From Mesotaenium endlicherianum (Eukaryota), in the NCBI GenBank assembly GCA_009602735.1, contig WELA01003517.1, forward strand, positions 63,454 to 83,453: DNA of 20,000 nucleotides, read 5' to 3'. Below are positions 7,702 to 18,603 of the stretch, piece after piece. A program made the translations under genes and the position numbers. The number at the start of each line of letters is the position of its first letter. Positions within the stretch are counted from its first letter, which is position 1. The notes beneath the pieces were generated by a model. The model was not told the origin of the DNA and made no database searches. It saw only the letters and a program-made list of their open reading frames with translations.

Positions 7702-10700
7702 TCAATTTTTCCTCTTTCTTGTTCTTGCAGGCTGCCTCCAAGGGGTCTTCTGCTGCTTCTTGATGGTGGCAGGCTGCCTCCCTGAAGTCTTCGGGCTTCT
7801 AGTAGAGAGACTTGGGGCTGGTCCAAGATGGGGGTTGGCGGCATGGAAGCGCTTCAACTTTCTCTGAACTTTGTCAAGGTAGTGCGCCGCCACCCAACTA
7901 TTCTCCGAATCTGGATATCCTTTCCACTTGATCAAGTATTGCTGCTGTCTCCTGAAATTTCTCATAGCCACTATGTCTTCCACTTCGTACTCCAAATGAT
8001 CATCCACTATTGTTGGGGCTGGTGGGGTTGTCACACGTCCTGGGAACTTGTTGTCGGGTTGCACATATGGCTTGAAGAGGGAAGCGTGGAATACGGGGTC
8101 GATGTGCATAGTCTGGGGAAGTTCTAGCTTGAAAGCAACGGGGTTGACTTGCTGGATAATCTTGAAGGGTCCCAAATACTTGGGAGAGAACTTGCTGCCG
8201 GCAGGCCTGTTGTTCAGGGAAATGTTCTTGGATGATAGTAACACGTTGTCACCCACTCTGTACGTAATTTCTCTTCTGGATCTGTTCGCCACTCTTGCTT
8301 GAGCATCTTGCGCGTGTTGTAGAGCTTTCTTCGCTGCTGTAAGGGCTGCTTCTAATGTCTCCATAAAATCTGTGGCTGCAGGTACTTCATCATGGCCAGC
8401 CGTGAAGCTCAGTGGCGTGGTCGGATGGAAGCCATAGTTGAGGAAGAATGGGGACTCTTGGGTAGAGGCCTGCGTAGTGTTGTTGTAGGCAAACTCGAGG
8501 GGGGTCAAGTACATGTCCCAGTCTTGCTCGAGGGTAGACACGTAGGCCTTTAGAGAGGTCTTTAGGGTACGATTCATACGCTCGGTTTGCCCATCTGATT
8601 GTGGGTGGTAGGCAGTAGACATATCCAGCGATGTACCCAAGTTCTTGAAGAGATTTTTCCAGAAATGGCTTGTGAATCTTGGATCTCTATCTGACACAAT
8701 TCTTGATGGTAGTCCATGGAGTCGGAAGATGTTGTCAAAGATGAGTCTTGCAAGTTGTGGTGCTGTAGCCTTAGTCGTCGTGGGAATAAAATGAGCCATC
8801 TTGGTAAGTCTGTCCACCGCCGTGAGTATTGCATTATGGCCTCGAGGTGTCACGGGCAAGTCCACGATAAGGTCCATTGAGATGTCCGTCCATTGTCTTT
8901 CGGGGATTGGTAGTGGTTGGAGGAGTCCTCCCGCCTTTTGCGATGATGGCTTGATTCTTTGGCATGTGTCACAGCTCCTGCAGTACTCCTTGACTTGCTT
9001 AGACATGCCTGGCCAACAATAAGTCCTAGCTAGAACGCCCGTGGTCCTTAGGATTCCAAAGTGTCCTCCAAGAGGGTTGTCGTGTGCTTCTCGTAGAAGC
9101 AAGAGCCGGAGGTCTAAGTCATTAGGAACACATCTCTGGCCCGTATCTTGCCTCACCCAATAATTGCCTTCTTGCTTCTTGCATGGGTCCAAGGCTGCTT
9201 CTCCGTTCTTGTAGTAAGGGTCTCTTTCATAGGCGGCTGAAAATCGAGCTTCCAGATCTGTCTTCAGGGATACCATCACTGCATTTAATTGCAGTCTTGA
9301 GAGGGGGTCAGCCGGGTTTGTCTTGCCGGGCTGGTACTGAATCGTGATGTTGTATTGTTGCAAGTATCCGCTCCATCTTGCTTGTCTCCTTGAGAGATAC
9401 GGCTGCGTTTGGAGGTGCTTTAACGCCTCGTGGTCCGTGGTGACCAGTACTTTGCGTCCTTCAACGTAGCAGCGCCAAACCTTCAAGGCATGTACAATCG
9501 CCAATGCCTCTCGCTCCGTGGTTGTATAATTTTGCTCGGCTGGATTTAGCTTCCTTGACTCGTAGGCGATGGGCTGCAGTCCCTTGCCTTGGTCTTGAAG
9601 CAGGATTGCTCCTATTGCATAGGAAGATGCATCGGTGATGACGTGGAAGGGCCAATCTGGGTTTGGACTTGGGAGTGTGAGCACCGGGGATGTGGTCAAT
9701 CTTCGCTTTAACTCTTGAAATGCCTCTTCCTCTTTCTCGGTCCATGTATATAGCCTGTCCTTCTTGAGTAGATCTGTCAGGGGGGCTGCTATGTGCGAGA
9801 AGCCTTGGATGAATTTTCTGTACCAATTGGCAAATCCCAAGAATGACTGGAGTTCTTTCTTGGTCGTGGGGGTTGGCCATTCCTCCACCACCGTGGTCTT
9901 CTTGGGGTCCATCTTGATGCCATCAGCAGTCACGTGGAGACCTAGGAACTCCACTTCTTGTTTGGCAAACTCGCACTTTGACTCCTTCGCAAATAGCTTG
10001 TTTTGCTTCAATACTTCAAGGACTTCTTTCAAGTGTCTCGCATGCTCTTCAAGGGTCTTGCTGTAGATAAGGATGTCATCGATGAATACCACCACAAATC
10101 TGTCCAACATGGGCTGAAATATGGTGTTCATCATAGTCATGAAAGTTGCTGGCGCGTTGGTGAGTCCAAATGGCAGGACCATGAACTCAAAATGTCCATA
10201 TCTTGTCCTGAATGCCGTCTTCTCTATGTCCGGTTCTGCGATGCGAATCTGGTGGTAGCCGCTCCGTAAGTCAATCTTCGTGAAGTACTTGGCTCCAACC
10301 AGCCGGTCCATGAGCTCATCCATGCGCGGCAGCGGGTATCGATTCTTGATGGTGATCTTGTTGAGGGCGCGATAGTCCACACACATCCTCAAGGTACCAT
10401 CTTTCTTCTTGACAAATAGCACCGGGGCTCCAAATGGCGACTTGCTAGGTCGAATGAAGCCATGCTCCAGTAGCTCCTTGATTTGCTTCTTGACTTCGTC
10501 TAGCTCCGTGTATGACATTTTGAACGTAGGCCGAGAGATGGGCTTGCTTCCGGGCTCCAACTCTATCTTGTGGTCTACGAATCTTTTGGGGGGTAGGCCC
10601 TTGGGCAATTCCGGGGAGAACACTTCTTTGTAGTCCTCTAAGACTTCTTGTATCTCCTTGGGAACGGGGCTGCCTTCTTGACTCTCGATGTCTTTCTTGA

Positions 10701-11367
10701 TGTCTTTTGGCGTGATCAAGGCCAAAAGAAGCTCGTGTCCCTTCCTCACAAGTCTCTTGAGTTGGAGGGCGGACAATAGTATCTCGTGTGCCGGCTTCTG
10801 GATGTCTTGGGTCTGGATATTCTGGATTGCGCGCAAAATACAGATTCTTGAAGTGATGTCATTCTTGATCTTGATAGTACCGGTCCTCCAATCAACTTGG
10901 GGGTTGTGCTTGGTCAACCAAGGCGTCCCTAGGATGACGTCGTACTTGCCCAATTGCATGGGGGAGAACACTACTCTATCCTTGAAGGACTTGATAGAGA
11001 GTGCCAAGGGGTACGTCTTCTTGGAAGGGGTAGTATAGGAGAATCCATCGGGCATCATAATCTCCTCGTCGTGGTCAAGAGTTCGCATAGTAATACCGTG
11101 CTTGGTGGCAAAATCTGCAGCAATGAAGTTGCCTTGAGCTCCGCTATCCACCAAGATGTGGACCTTCTCTCCTCCAAGGTAACCTCTCAAACTCATTGGG
11201 GCTGGAACGTCGTCTTCAACGGGGGTCTCCACCTCACTTGGCGTGTTGCCTTCTCGTGAAGTGGGTCTTGGGGTGGTAGGCTCCTGGCCTACCGGCGCTG
11301 TCCGTTTTTTGACAACTTTTTGGGGCATGAAAGTGCACGATGGCCCTTTTCCTTGCAATAAAAGCAT
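7702..11367 (-). CDS. pol: Pol polyprotein: aspartic protease, RT, RNase H, integrase, chromodomain (probably entered by -1 frameshift near 11304)
   Basis: Protease [28 protein letters not shown] and FIDDIL. RNase [11 protein letters not shown]. Integrase H-X6-H...C-X2-C and D,D-35-E, then GPF motif. Chromodomain YEVEDIV...[15 protein letters not shown]. Confidence 0.97.
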   Translation of the reverse strand: MLLLQGKGPSCTFMPQKVVKKRTAPVGQEPTTPRPTSREGNTPSEVETPVEDDVPAPMSLRGYLGGEKVHILVDSGAQGNFIAADFATKHGITMRTLDHDEEIMMPDGFSYTTPSKKTYPLALSIKSFKDRVVFSPMQLGKYDVILGTPWLTKHNPQVDWRTGTIKIKNDITSRICILRAIQNIQTQDIQKPAHEILLSALQLKRLVRKGHELLLALITPKDIKKDIESQEGSPVPKEIQEVLEDYKEVFSPELPKGLPPKRFVDHKIELEPGSKPISRPTFKMSYTELDEVKKQIKELLEHGFIRPSKSPFGAPVLFVKKKDGTLRMCVDYRALNKITIKNRYPLPRMDELMDRLVGAKYFTKIDLRSGYHQIRIAEPDIEKTAFRTRYGHFEFMVLPFGLTNAPATFMTMMNTIFQPMLDRFVVVFIDDILIYSKTLEEHARHLKEVLEVLKQNKLFAKESKCEFAKQEVEFLGLHVTADGIKMDPKKTTVVEEWPTPTTKKELQSFLGFANWYRKFIQGFSHIAAPLTDLLKKDRLYTWTEKEEEAFQELKRRLTTSPVLTLPSPNPDWPFHVITDASSYAIGAILLQDQGKGLQPIAYESRKLNPAEQNYTTTEREALAIVHALKVWRCYVEGRKVLVTTDHEALKHLQTQPYLSRRQARWSGYLQQYNITIQYQPGKTNPADPLSRLQLNAVMVSLKTDLEARFSAAYERDPYYKNGEAALDPCKKQEGNYWVRQDTGQRCVPNDLDLRLLLLREAHDNPLGGHFGILRTTGVLARTYCWPGMSKQVKEYCRSCDTCQRIKPSSQKAGGLLQPLPIPERQWTDISMDLIVDLPVTPRGHNAILTAVDRLTKMAHFIPTTTKATAPQLARLIFDNIFRLHGLPSRIVSDRDPRFTSHFWKNLFKNLGTSLDMSTAYHPQSDGQTERMNRTLKTSLKAYVSTLEQDWDMYLTPLEFAYNNTTQASTQESPFFLNYGFHPTTPLSFTAGHDEVPAATDFMETLEAALTAAKKALQHAQDAQARVANRSRREITYRVGDNVLLSSKNISLNNRPAGSKFSPKYLGPFKIIQQVNPVAFKLELPQTMHIDPVFHASLFKPYVQPDNKFPGRVTTPPAPTIVDDHLEYEVEDIVAMRNFRRQQQYLIKWKGYPDSENSWVAAHYLDKVQRKLKRFHAANPHLGPAPSLSTRSPKTSGRQPATIKKQQKTPWRQPARTRKRKN
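11275..11310 (-). promoter_or_regulatory. Predicted -1 ribosomal frameshift signal (slippery A_AAA_AAC plus downstream hairpin)
   Basis: Gag-frame TCA AAA AAC gives the heptamer at 11310-11304. Pol is in the -1 frame. A 7-bp stem GGTAGGC-cagga-GCCTACC lies 10 nt downstream. Confidence 0.8.
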
Positions 11368-12569
11368 AGTCCAGCCGTCATGAGAGCTTCTTTTTCAGCC
11401 GGGGAGAGTCTTGCTTTCACTCCTTGCTGGTTTCTTGCATCATAAGTGTCATTGGAGGGTCTTCCACTCTTCCGGGCAGCCGCGGGGTCCCTTTTAATAA
11501 CTCCGATTTCCATGGGTGTGGGTCCAGATTCGGATGTGGAAGGGGCTGCGTACACCCGCGTCGTCGGTACCCGTGAAGATGAAGGCACGGAGTGCTTGAA
11601 ATCCAAGGTATCCACCTTTTGGGCCACTTCAATGATCTTTGAGAAGTCCGTCAAGTCGCGTAACTCCACTTCCTTTGCCACCTTGGGTTTGAGGCCAAAG
11701 ATGTAGCGGTCAATCTTCTCCTCGAGAGACATGTTGGGGATCTCAAGAGTGAGGGCGTGAAATCTGGATGTATACTCTTGAACGGACGTCGTTTGCTTGA
11801 GATGGTGGAGCTTTCCTCGGGCAATCTTCTCCGCATTGATGGGCATGAATTGCTTCTTGAGGGCCTCACGAAAATCTGCCCATCTTGCATATGATGGTGG
11901 GGGCTCTTGGCCGAGCATGGGGTGCGCCATAGCTTGATATATAGCCGCTTGATAGTTACGCCACCATGATGTTGCTGCTCCTCTAAGTAAGGTAACGGCA
12001 AAGGGAACGTAGTCCTCCTCGGGTACTTCAAGGAATGCGAGGTACGTCTCCACTTGGTAGAGCCATAAATTCAGGTTGGCACCTTTCCCGGGGTTGAAAG
12101 TGTCGGGTTTGCCGGGCTTGATGAGTTTCCTTGCTCTCGTTGGCTCTTGTGGAGGCGCTTGAGCCGGGGCTGGATTTTGAGCATTGCTCGCAATAGGGGC
12201 AACCATGGCAGCCATAGCTTCTCTTGACGCTTGCACGGTTGCTTCATAGGTGGCCAAGCCCACTTGGTTGTGGACGGTCATTAGGAAGGCTGCCCACTCA
12301 TTTGCGGGAACTCCTTGTGGTGGGGTCAACTTTGCTATAGCGGCTGCCACGGGATTTGACGGTGCTCCTCCTTGTGGTGCTTCTTGTTGTTGCAGATTTC
12401 CTTGAGTAGGCTCTCCCATCGACGCTGGAGGAGGGTGTGCTCCTCCTTGTGGTGCTTCTTGTTGTTGCAGATTTTCTTGAGTGGGCTCTCCCATCGGCGC
12501 TGGAGGAGGGTGTCTTGGAGAGGAAGGGCTTCCTTCGAAAGCTTGCTGTTGGTCTTGAGGATCGGCCAT
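11289..12569 (-). CDS. gag: Gag polyprotein (426 aa)
   Basis: Ty3 capsid-like region ([10 protein letters not shown]...F.....F.P...L.QT.SV..Y...F), PTPMEIG motif, and CCHC zinc knuckle [14 protein letters not shown]. Confidence 0.95.
   Translation of the reverse strand: MADPQDQQQAFEGSPSSPRHPPPAPMGEPTQENLQQQEAPQGGAHPPPASMGEPTQGNLQQQEAPQGGAPSNPVAAAIAKLTPPQGVPANEWAAFLMTVHNQVGLATYEATVQASREAMAAMVAPIASNAQNPAPAQAPPQEPTRARKLIKPGKPDTFNPGKGANLNLWLYQVETYLAFLEVPEEDYVPFAVTLLRGAATSWWRNYQAAIYQAMAHPMLGQEPPPSYARWADFREALKKQFMPINAEKIARGKLHHLKQTTSVQEYTSRFHALTLEIPNMSLEEKIDRYIFGLKPKVAKEVELRDLTDFSKIIEVAQKVDTLDFKHSVPSSSRVPTTRVYAAPSTSESGPTPMEIGVIKRDPAAARKSGRPSNDTYDARNQQGVKARLSPAEKEALMTAGLCFYCKEKGHRALSCPKKLSKNGQRR
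12363..12512 (-). repeat. 75-bp in-frame tandem duplication in gag N-terminus
   Basis: HPPPA(P/S)MGEPTQ(E/G)[12 protein letters not shown] occurs twice. Confidence 0.95.
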
Positions 12570-12589
12570 CTTCTTGTGCTACCAAAGTG

Positions 12590-12605
12590 CCTAGCTCCGA
12601 TACCA
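12590..12605 (-). promoter_or_regulatory. Primer-binding site complementary to tRNA-iMet 3' end
   Basis: Minus strand TGGTATCGGAGCTAGG lies 1 nt inside the 5' LTR. The canonical plant iMet PBS is TGGTATCAGAGCCAGG, and both differences allow G:U pairs. Confidence 0.88.
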
Positions 12606-12606
12606 C

Positions 12607-13109
12607 TGTAGTGAAACAGATAGATAAAGTACTTAGTAAAACAGAATACTTTATCTATTCAAGACAAGGATCTTTGAACACAAGTGGTAGCTTCTTGAAA
12701 GAGAGATGGCTTCTTGAAAGTTAATATATTTCTGGATTTTGGCAAGTACAAGAGTGATTCTGGAATGTCTTTCTATGTTCTAGCTCTTGTTTATATACTT
12801 GCTACATAAGTAATTTCTAGGAAAGTGTATGTTGATGTGTTGGCACCCAACACATCCCAAAACTTGCCACCTCTTTCTAGAATAATGTACACATGTCCTT
12901 TTGACCTAAAAATGGCACATTTGACTTTTGCCACATGGAGTTCTTCTAGGTCTTTCCTCTAACTTCGAAAATGCCTTGGAAGGTTCAAAGGACATGAACC
13001 AAGTTACTAGAGTACCTATTCACACTTGACTCCACACAAAACTACTCCAAATATATTCGAAAACATTAAAATATATGCAAACTAATATATAATAACTCAA
13101 ATCACTACA
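12607..13109 (-). repeat. 5' LTR (503 bp)
   Basis: Direct repeat of 6430-6932 with 8-bp inverted termini TGTAGTGA...TCACTACA. TATA-like TATATAAA on the minus strand at 12797-12790. Confidence 0.97.
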
Positions 13110-13425
13110 CATTTGGTTTTTGCAATCCAATTATGCGTTTTCCCTTCACTTCATATTCTTGTTGTTCATGTATAGCAATACCCTGTACTTGATTTGTATG
13201 ATTTGTGTCTCATTTACCATCTTATTGTCTGTGATTATTATGTAACGGATTCTTGCAAATATTACAATTTTTAGTCAGAATGAATGTCAAAGTGATTAAA
13301 TTACAGTACGAGAGCCTAAATAGTGATTTTGCGTATGGAGGAAACATCAAAGACCTTCATAAAATGTTGACACTCGTGAGTTTGAAGTGGTTTGAAGACT
13401 TAAGCCCATGTTATAAAAAAAGTAT

Positions 13426-14319
13426 GGGAAAATTATGATTCTGCCCTCCAAAGATCAAAAATGGAGGCGAAGTACCCTGCAACTTTGAAAGAATATGGAA
13501 ATGCCCTCACGTTAAGCCTTCCTAGTCACGGTCACTCCACCTGGCGAATATGACGTGGCCGACCTGACACCTCTTTTTTTCCATCTTCTCCTTGCTGTTT
13601 TTGCCCCTTCTCCTTGCTGCTCCTTGCAGCTTTCGAAAGTGCGAGTGAAAGGCCAATTTGCACTTCAAAATTTTCTACTTTGCACCCTCTGAGTCTTTTC
13701 AAATTTGCATCCTTCGAGTTCACGGTCATGCACCCCCTCACTTACCTTCACATTCGAATGTCAAAAACTGCGTGGTATGTACGTAGGTTCGATGTTACCG
13801 CCAAAATATTGAAAACGAGTTCACTCCAAAAGCCAACGAAGTGCTCGAACTTTCGCCTCTCGCTTGGCAGGAGATCACGACCTGGCGAATATGATTGATG
13901 AGAGGCCCAAGTGTAGGGTTTTGGTTTTATTAGGGTTCCGAACATTCTGGCGTGAAGATCCTGTGGTATATGTGATGTACAAAACACATGACGATGTAGG
14001 AAGTATCGCAAATTTGGTGATTCCGGCTGTGAGGAAAGGGTGACCGTAAACTCGAAGGATGCCAAGCTGAAAATTTTGAACTGCAAATTGGCCTTTCACT
14101 CGCACTTTCGGAAGCTGCAAGGAGCAGCACGGGGAAGGGGCATAAAAAGTAGGGAGAAGTTGGGAAAAAAAGAGGTATCAGGTCAGACACGTCATGTTCG
14201 CCAGGTGGAGTGACCGTGACTAGGAAGACTTAACGTGAGGGCATTTTCATATTCTTTCAAAGTTGCAGGGTACTTTGCCTCCATTTTCGATCTTTGGAGG
14301 GTAAAATCATAATTTTCCC
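13426..14319. mobile_element. Non-autonomous Mutator-like (MULE) foldback element, 894 bp
   Basis: Long imperfect TIRs (~13426-13728 vs 14041-14319) begin GGGAAAATTATGATT. Perfect 9-bp TSD AAAAAGTAT (13417-13425 and 14320-14328). No transposase ORF. Confidence 0.92.
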
Positions 14320-15150
14320 AAAAAGTATATGCAAGACCTCTGCCACCCTCTGCAATTCGTACAATCGTAACTAATTGATTTTTCCATGTAGTGATAGTTT
14401 TTGGATGTTTTTGACCGGCACGAGGATGCCCCTTAAAACCCTACATTTTGAGTCGGGTGTTGGTTGAAATCCAAATATTCCCTGCCCGGGTGTTGCCAAA
14501 ATCCGAGGATTTTGTCGAATCCTGGGGCCTGGCGTTGTGTAAGGCAAGATTGATCAAAACGACAAATGAAAGTCAATCAGGTACGTCGCAACTGGCCAGT
14601 AGTGGTCACATATATCACTGCGGACAAGCATGTGATGATTATGAGACGAATTTACGATGAGTGCGGTGGAGTGCGGGCTACGTTGGTCCGAACTGGTGCG
14701 AACCAGGTGACAGCAGCTCGAGAGGGAGCGCGCCAGCATTCGATGTTCCCTCGTGCTGCTCCTACAAGAGCGTTTGACGAGGAAACGCCAGTCCCAGCCA
14801 GCCAAGTCAGAACATGATTGTGCCTCGGCGCGTTTCCCCTTTTACGTGCTGCGATGCGCGTTACCATGAACTCTCTGTGCCACTGTGCTAAGACCTCAGA
14901 TTGAATTTTCCAAGAATGGCAGAAGGCCCTGATGATGAGTAACCTGGTTGGTGTAAGAATGCTTCTTATTTTACATATGTGCAATTAGTGTGACATCATG
15001 GTGCCTCTGAGGTGCCGGGGTTGTGACAGGCCCATCAAGCAGTTGAATGACTGCCTGCTCTGTCCTGCCTGCCTGCAACAAGCGGCAGGCGTGAGGAGGC
15101 ATGTCACTCAAGGAGTATGGAAGACCAAGTATGGTGTATCCTTTGGCAGG

Positions 15151-15241
15151 ATGACACGAATATCGGAGCTTCTGGACGAAGCAAGGAGCAGGACCCTGCT
15201 TGTCCTCGTGTTTATCGCTGTCGTGGCTTACGCCCTATCTT
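15151..15241 (+). CDS. Coding exon 1 of PXA/PX-domain sorting-nexin-like protein (N-terminal membrane anchor)
   Basis: MTRISELLDEARSRTLLVLVFIAVVAYALS resembles the N-terminus of plant PXA-PX-PXC proteins (At1g15240/At2g15900 type). Donor T|GTACGT is phase 1. Confidence 0.85.
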
Positions 15242-15896
15242 GTACGTGCTCGCTTGTGAACTTTATCGCACTATTTTCATGAGCCTCTCATGCTCCTAGG
15301 GGTTTCCGTGTTCCTGTATGGGACATGGTAACTTCGTATAAACTTGCGCATGTTGCCTCAAAGTCCTCTGTTGACACCTCAACACGTCTGCTACAAAAGC
15401 CCTTCCAAAAGGAAAACGGAACGATGCTTGTATTTCAAATTTTCCATTCAGATAATTTGAACGGAGCTGCAACTTCCTGGTCCTCATGGACCGCTATAAC
15501 CTCTACACCATACACATCATAAAAAGAAGGTTCAGAGGGAGGTGAATGGCGCTGGAAATTGTGGCTCTCTATGAGTCGTCGATTACGTCATTGGGGTAAA
15601 TGTGTGGCTTGGACCGCTCACCTCATCGATGATCTGCGGGCCTGCATGTCCCATGCAAGCCCTGCTTGACAGGTCTTCTGATTCTGATCTGAAGCAGGAC
15701 CAATCAAATAGTGAGGGCTTGTGCCGCGAACACAAAGACACCAGTCCCTGAAATGGAAAAGCTTTGTACACTGTCCATCCTGCTTGCAGCGCTGCCCTGG
15801 GTGGGCCAACCCCAACAGCACTTCTCTCCCCCTCCTGGTTCTCTTTTAGCCACATTGATTTGGAAGATCGATCCGCGCTTGTCACGTCTGCTGCAG

Positions 15897-16164
15897 TGAC
15901 GAGCGCGTCAGTGCTGGTCAACGTGCCACTTGCCATCCTCCTGGTGGCCGTGATGCGACGGCTCTCGTTCGAGTTCGAGATCCGGTGGAAGCATCAGCCG
16001 GCAGTGCTTGCCAGGGACCTGCAGCCGGGAATGCGCCAGGTGTCCGCCGAGGAGGCTCTCCTGGGCTCCAATAGGGGCTCGCCAGGCGGCAGCCAGTGGA
16101 GACGAGCCGTCGATTGCCCCCGAGTCGAAGCTGCCCTCAGTGACCTCATCCACTTGCTCCTCAA
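15897..16164 (+). CDS. Coding exon 2 of PXA/PX protein (LTSASVLVNVPLAILL...WRRAVDCPRVEAALSDLIHLLL)
   Basis: Acceptor CTGCAG| at 15896 is phase-1 compatible. Encodes a second TM segment and the PXA-domain start. Donor AA|GTGAGT is phase 2. Confidence 0.9.
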
Positions 16165-16177
16165 GTGAGTGGGCAGA

Positions 16178-16418
16178 CTCTCCCAGCTCTTCCAGCTCTT
16201 CCAGCCCATTCAGCCCTTTCAGCTCTCTCTGCCCTTCCAGCTCTCCCAGCTCTTAAAGTCCCCTTCCAGTCCTCTGCCGGTCCTCGTCCAGTCCTCTCTG
16301 GCGGCTGTTCCAGCCCTTTCACTCCATGCAGCCCTTCCGGCCCTTCCAGCCCTTCCAGCCCTTCCAGCAGTGGTGCATTCGCCTCTTCCAGCTCTCTCAG
16401 TCCCTCCAGCTCTTCCAG
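16178..16418. repeat. Degenerate 9-bp minisatellite (C(C/T)CTTCCAG)n at 5' end of PXA intron 2
   Basis: Repeated CTCTTCCAG/CCCTTCCAG units. Confidence 0.85.
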
Positions 16419-17768
16419 GATCAAGCGCCTGGCTCCTGGCACGGCTGCGAGTGAAGTTAGATGAGGACAGCCTGTGGCGTGAGTGCTGGGAATGAAAAGT
16501 GGTCATGGAGTGCAGCGGCTGGGTGGGGTGCAAGAGCTGCCCCAGTGGAGCAGGCGTTTTTTTCTTTGCATGCGCTGCGGGGACGGGTGGGTGGCTGGGT
16601 GGGCTGGCAAAAGGGGGCTTGCTTCATCACCCAAGTTTCGGAGATTGCAGCCGCTCCTTTTGAGAAGGAGCGCTGGTGCTGGGAGGACTGTTGATGATGC
16701 AGCCCGCCCGCCCCTCGCAAGGTCGAGGAGAGGGAGGGGGAGGGGGAGGGGGAGGGGGTGCGAAAGCAGCAGCAGGAAGAGAAGAAGCAGGAGTCGCGCA
16801 GCAGCAGAGCGCCACAGAGGCAGGCAGGCAGGCAGGCAGGCAGTCGCTGCCACCTGGCAGGCCAGCCCCAGCTCTCCTCCAATGCTCCCGGGGGCTCGGA
16901 CAAAAGCCAACGAGCACATGTACAGCCCCTTTCAGGAGCCCTCGCTGCTTCCCAGACGTTTGTGAGTTTGAATCATCAACTAGAATGCAACAACCGCGTG
17001 CACAGCTTGAGAGGTATAGCTGGTGGAGGATGCACCCACAGCAGGCGCAGCGCTACAAGACGGAGGGTGGGGCAAATCAGGAGAGAAGGGAAGAGAAAAG
17101 GACGGGAGGGAAGAAGAGTAGAGGGCAAGAGAGGAAGGGTGGGGGNGAGGCAATTAGGGTTTTGGCAGAGCTTGTGGAAGAGGGAGCAGGGGGAGGGCTG
17201 GCACTCGCTGGCCTCCCGGCTGGCGGTTGAGCTGGCATGCTGGAAGAGGCGGCTGTCTGCTGGCATCGTGCCCCGCTCTTCCCTCTGCTGATCTTACCCT
17301 TCCATGGCTGCAGCCTCTCTGTTCATGGCTGCAGCTGCTGTGCTGACCACCGAGGTGTCCTCAGTTGCTGGGCGCGGCTGGGGCTGTGAGAGCAGGGCCA
17401 CCTGGTGGTAGAAGGGGTGCAGCGCGAGGTGGGACTGCAGGGTTTGCTGTGTCAGCAGTGCAGTGAGGCTGCCAGCTGGGCCGGGCATGGGTGGGTCCTT
17501 CTGGGGGGCTAGCATCCCGTTTCTCTCGGGTGCAGTTTGCATGATGCAACGGGGGAGAGGTGCGCCTCACGCGATATCTTCCAATGCATGCAGGAAAGTC
17601 TCTGCTGACAGGCGCTGACTGTGCTTTGGGGTGGGCAAGTGCTCACACATGCTTTTGTCCGTCGTTGCCAATATGCGTGGCGTATGGCGCGTGCGTGCGT
17701 GCGCGCGTGCGTGGGTGTGCGTGTGCGTGCGTGGTGTGCGGGTGGTGCTGCTGCTGCTGCGGAGGCAG

Positions 17769-17909
17769 GGAGTTTGTGACGGACATGTTCTACGCGTACC
17801 TGACGCCGGACAAGGACCTGCCGCTGGAGGTGCGCGCCACGCTGCTGCACGCGGCGGGCGAGGTGGCGGCGCGCGTCAAGCGCGTCAATCTCGTGGCGCT
17901 GCTCACGCG
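17769..17909 (+). CDS. Coding exon 3 of PXA/PX protein (EFVTDMFYAYLTPDKDLPLEVR...VNLVALLT)
   Basis: Acceptor GGCAG|G is phase-2 compatible. Contains the PXA core 'EFV..(W/F)Y..LTPD'. Donor CG|GTCCGT is phase 2. Confidence 0.9.
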
Positions 17910-18603
17910 GTCCGTTGCCCTGCTCCTCCCCCCCCTTCTGCCACCTCCTCCTCCCCCTCCTCCTCTTCCTCCTCCTCCTCCTCCACTCCCTCCTGCGCCT
18001 GCTTCTGCGCCTGCGCCTGCCCTCGCTCTTCTCCCCTTCCCCGTTCCTCCCAGTGCGCAGCATTTCCTATTGCATGACTTTCTTGCTCCCGGCGCTGCTC
18101 CCGCTGGAGCTAGTGTCTGCACCTGAGCCTCTACTTCCAACACGCATGTCAGTTTATTCGCCTGCCGCAGGCCCCGGGTGAATGGGCAGAGAGTGCCAGC
18201 TGGCTGCAGCAAGCAGGGCTCTGGGCTTTAAGTGGGAGGAATGGATGGGGTGGAGGGGAAAGCAGTACTTTTGAGTGTCATCAGAGGATGAGTTTTCTGG
18301 ATGATGTCAACCTTAGACAATATGCTAAGGCGGGGGGTTTACCCGCCCATCAGGCGGTCGCATGCGGCACGAGGAGAAGCACAAGGTCTCTCTGCGCTCT
18401 CGTCTCTCCATCTGCCTGTCTCCTGCCTGCTGTCCCCTGTCTCCTGTCCAGATATCCATTTTCTCTGGAATGGATGCACGCGTGCGTGAGCCTCGCACGC
18501 ACGCGCACACGCCCCTCTCTCTCCGCCTCTCCCCCTCCCCTCCCCCACCGCATGACACCTGTGCTGGGTCCTGGCGCCGGTGGTGGCGGCGGCGCGGCTG
18601 CAG

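Larger units (their letters stand above)
6430..13109 (-). mobile_element. Full-length Ty3/gypsy LTR retrotransposon, chromovirus lineage (6680 bp)
   Basis: Two 503-bp LTRs (TG...CA), 5-bp TSD CATTT (6425-6429 and 13110-13114), PBS, PPT, and uninterrupted gag and pol with PR-RT-RH-IN-chromodomain order. Confidence 0.98.
4227..14531. mobile_element. Putative older hAT-like non-autonomous element enclosing all other TEs
   Basis: 15-bp TIRs CAGACCCCTGGATTC (4227-4241) vs reverse complement CAGGCCCCAGGATTC (14517-14531), 13/15. The same subterminal motif array occurs at both ends. The candidate 8-bp TSD matches at only 5/8. Confidence 0.55.
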
